From Minisyncoccota bacterium (GTDB lineage Bacteria; Patescibacteriota; Minisyncoccia; Phycocordibacterales; UBA5272): DNA of 64,000 bases. Numbering within the stretch: position 1 is the first letter of the stretch; each line of letters starts with the position of its first letter. Below the pieces are notes generated by a model. That model saw only the letters and a list, made by a program, of their open reading frames with translations, was not told where the DNA came from and searched no databases. The DNA lies in NCBI GenBank assembly GCA_046350775.1, contig JAXLZS010000001.1:545838-609837 (forward strand), read 5' to 3'. The position numbers and the translations under genes were made by a program. Positions 63,148 through 64,000 of the stretch are shown here, piece after piece.

Positions 63148-63549
63148 ATGAGAATTTGGGATAAAACAAAATCTGTAAAAAAGTTAGCAATTTTAGTTCT
63201 AACAGTTTTCCTTGTCATTTATGTTGGTGTGTTTTCTATGAGCATGAACATGGACTCTAGTATGCATGAAAACTGTCCTTTCATGGTTGGGACATCAATT
63301 TGTAATATGACAGTAGTCGACCATTACTCAGCAGCTACAACAATTTTCACAGCTTTACCACAAATAAATTCATTTCTATTTTTATCTTTAATAGTCTTAG
63401 GATTTTTATCTCTTGTATTTTTTATTCCTAAATTATTTGCCCCACCACCATTAAAATTCAAACCATTTAATATTTCAATATACTCACCTCTACACAATTA
63501 TCTTCAAGAAGCATTTTCAAATGGTATCTTAAATCCTAAGACTTTTTAA
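63148..63549 (+). CDS. Met/Cys/His-rich membrane protein upstream of a copper ATPase
   Basis: MSMNMDSSMHENCPFM....CNM...DH; C-terminal FSNGILNPK; ATG at 63148. Confidence 0.7.
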   Translation: MRIWDKTKSVKKLAILVLTVFLVIYVGVFSMSMNMDSSMHENCPFMVGTSICNMTVVDHYSAATTIFTALPQINSFLFLSLIVLGFLSLVFFIPKLFAPPPLKFKPFNISIYSPLHNYLQEAFSNGILNPKTF

Positions 63550-63631
63550 TTAAATATATTTTATAAAGGGTAATTATTTACTCTGTTTTTGTGTTTCAGT
63601 TAGTTATTAAAAATATAATATAATTAAAATT

Positions 63632-64000
63632 ATGGATTCAAAAATATTCAAAATTAAAGGTATGCATTGTGCTTCTTGCGCAAGCATTATCGAAAAGACT
63701 CTTAAGAAAGTCGAAGGTGTGAACTCTATTGAAGTAAATCCTGGTACAGAAAAAGCTAAGATTAATTTTGATTCAAATCTCACAAGTGTAGATTCGTTGT
63801 CTAAACATATTGAACCACTTGGCTACTCAATCATTAATAGTGATAAAGAAGCAGAAGCGATGGGTATGACTCCTGAAGAACATGCTGCTCACACTGGTAT
63901 TGGTCAATCAAAAAAGGAAAAGCTAGATGAGATTAAAGAACAAAAAACAAAAGTTCTTTCTTCTATTCCTCTTGCTATTATAAGTCTCTTTATTATGACT
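63632..64000 (+). CDS. Heavy-metal (Cu) translocating P-type ATPase, N-terminal part (truncated at the window edge)
   Basis: MDSKIFKIKGMHCASC HMA domain, His/Met linker, start of TM1. Confidence 0.8.
   Translation, partial: MDSKIFKIKGMHCASCASIIEKTLKKVEGVNSIEVNPGTEKAKINFDSNLTSVDSLSKHIEPLGYSIINSDKEAEAMGMTPEEHAAHTGIGQSKKEKLDEIKEQKTKVLSSIPLAIISLFIMT

Overview
AT-rich chromosomal window from a Patescibacteria/CPR bacterium, most likely Parcubacteria. The assignment rests on an OD1-type 16S sequence, absence of rpmD, an unlinked 16S gene and genetic code 11. The window holds most of the str/S10/spc ribosomal-protein cluster, broken into five same-strand blocks in permuted order (tuf-rplB | rpsL | rpsN-map | rpsG-fusA | rpsS-rplE), each with its own sigma70-like promoter; rpmC is missing from its slot. 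Between the blocks lie surface-protein genes, including three secreted phage-tail-fibre-like proteins with peptidase S74 chaperone domains that share near-identical DNA cassettes ending at G-rich tracts. Also present: a VirD4/TraM-like ATPase and a DUF559 nuclease followed by a perfect four-way-junction palindrome; efp; a predicted ~60-nt sRNA complementary to AUG-AAA-AA start contexts; recG, xfp-ackA, secDF, a MacAB-like exporter and dsbB; a stand-alone 16S rRNA lacking the CCUCC anti-Shine-Dalgarno; tRNA-Ile, tRNA-Asn plus a remnant; alr, rsmI, murA and the start of a CopA-like ATPase. No CRISPR array, integrase, transposase or reverse transcriptase was seen. All calls are by eye from sequence motifs; no database searches were run.
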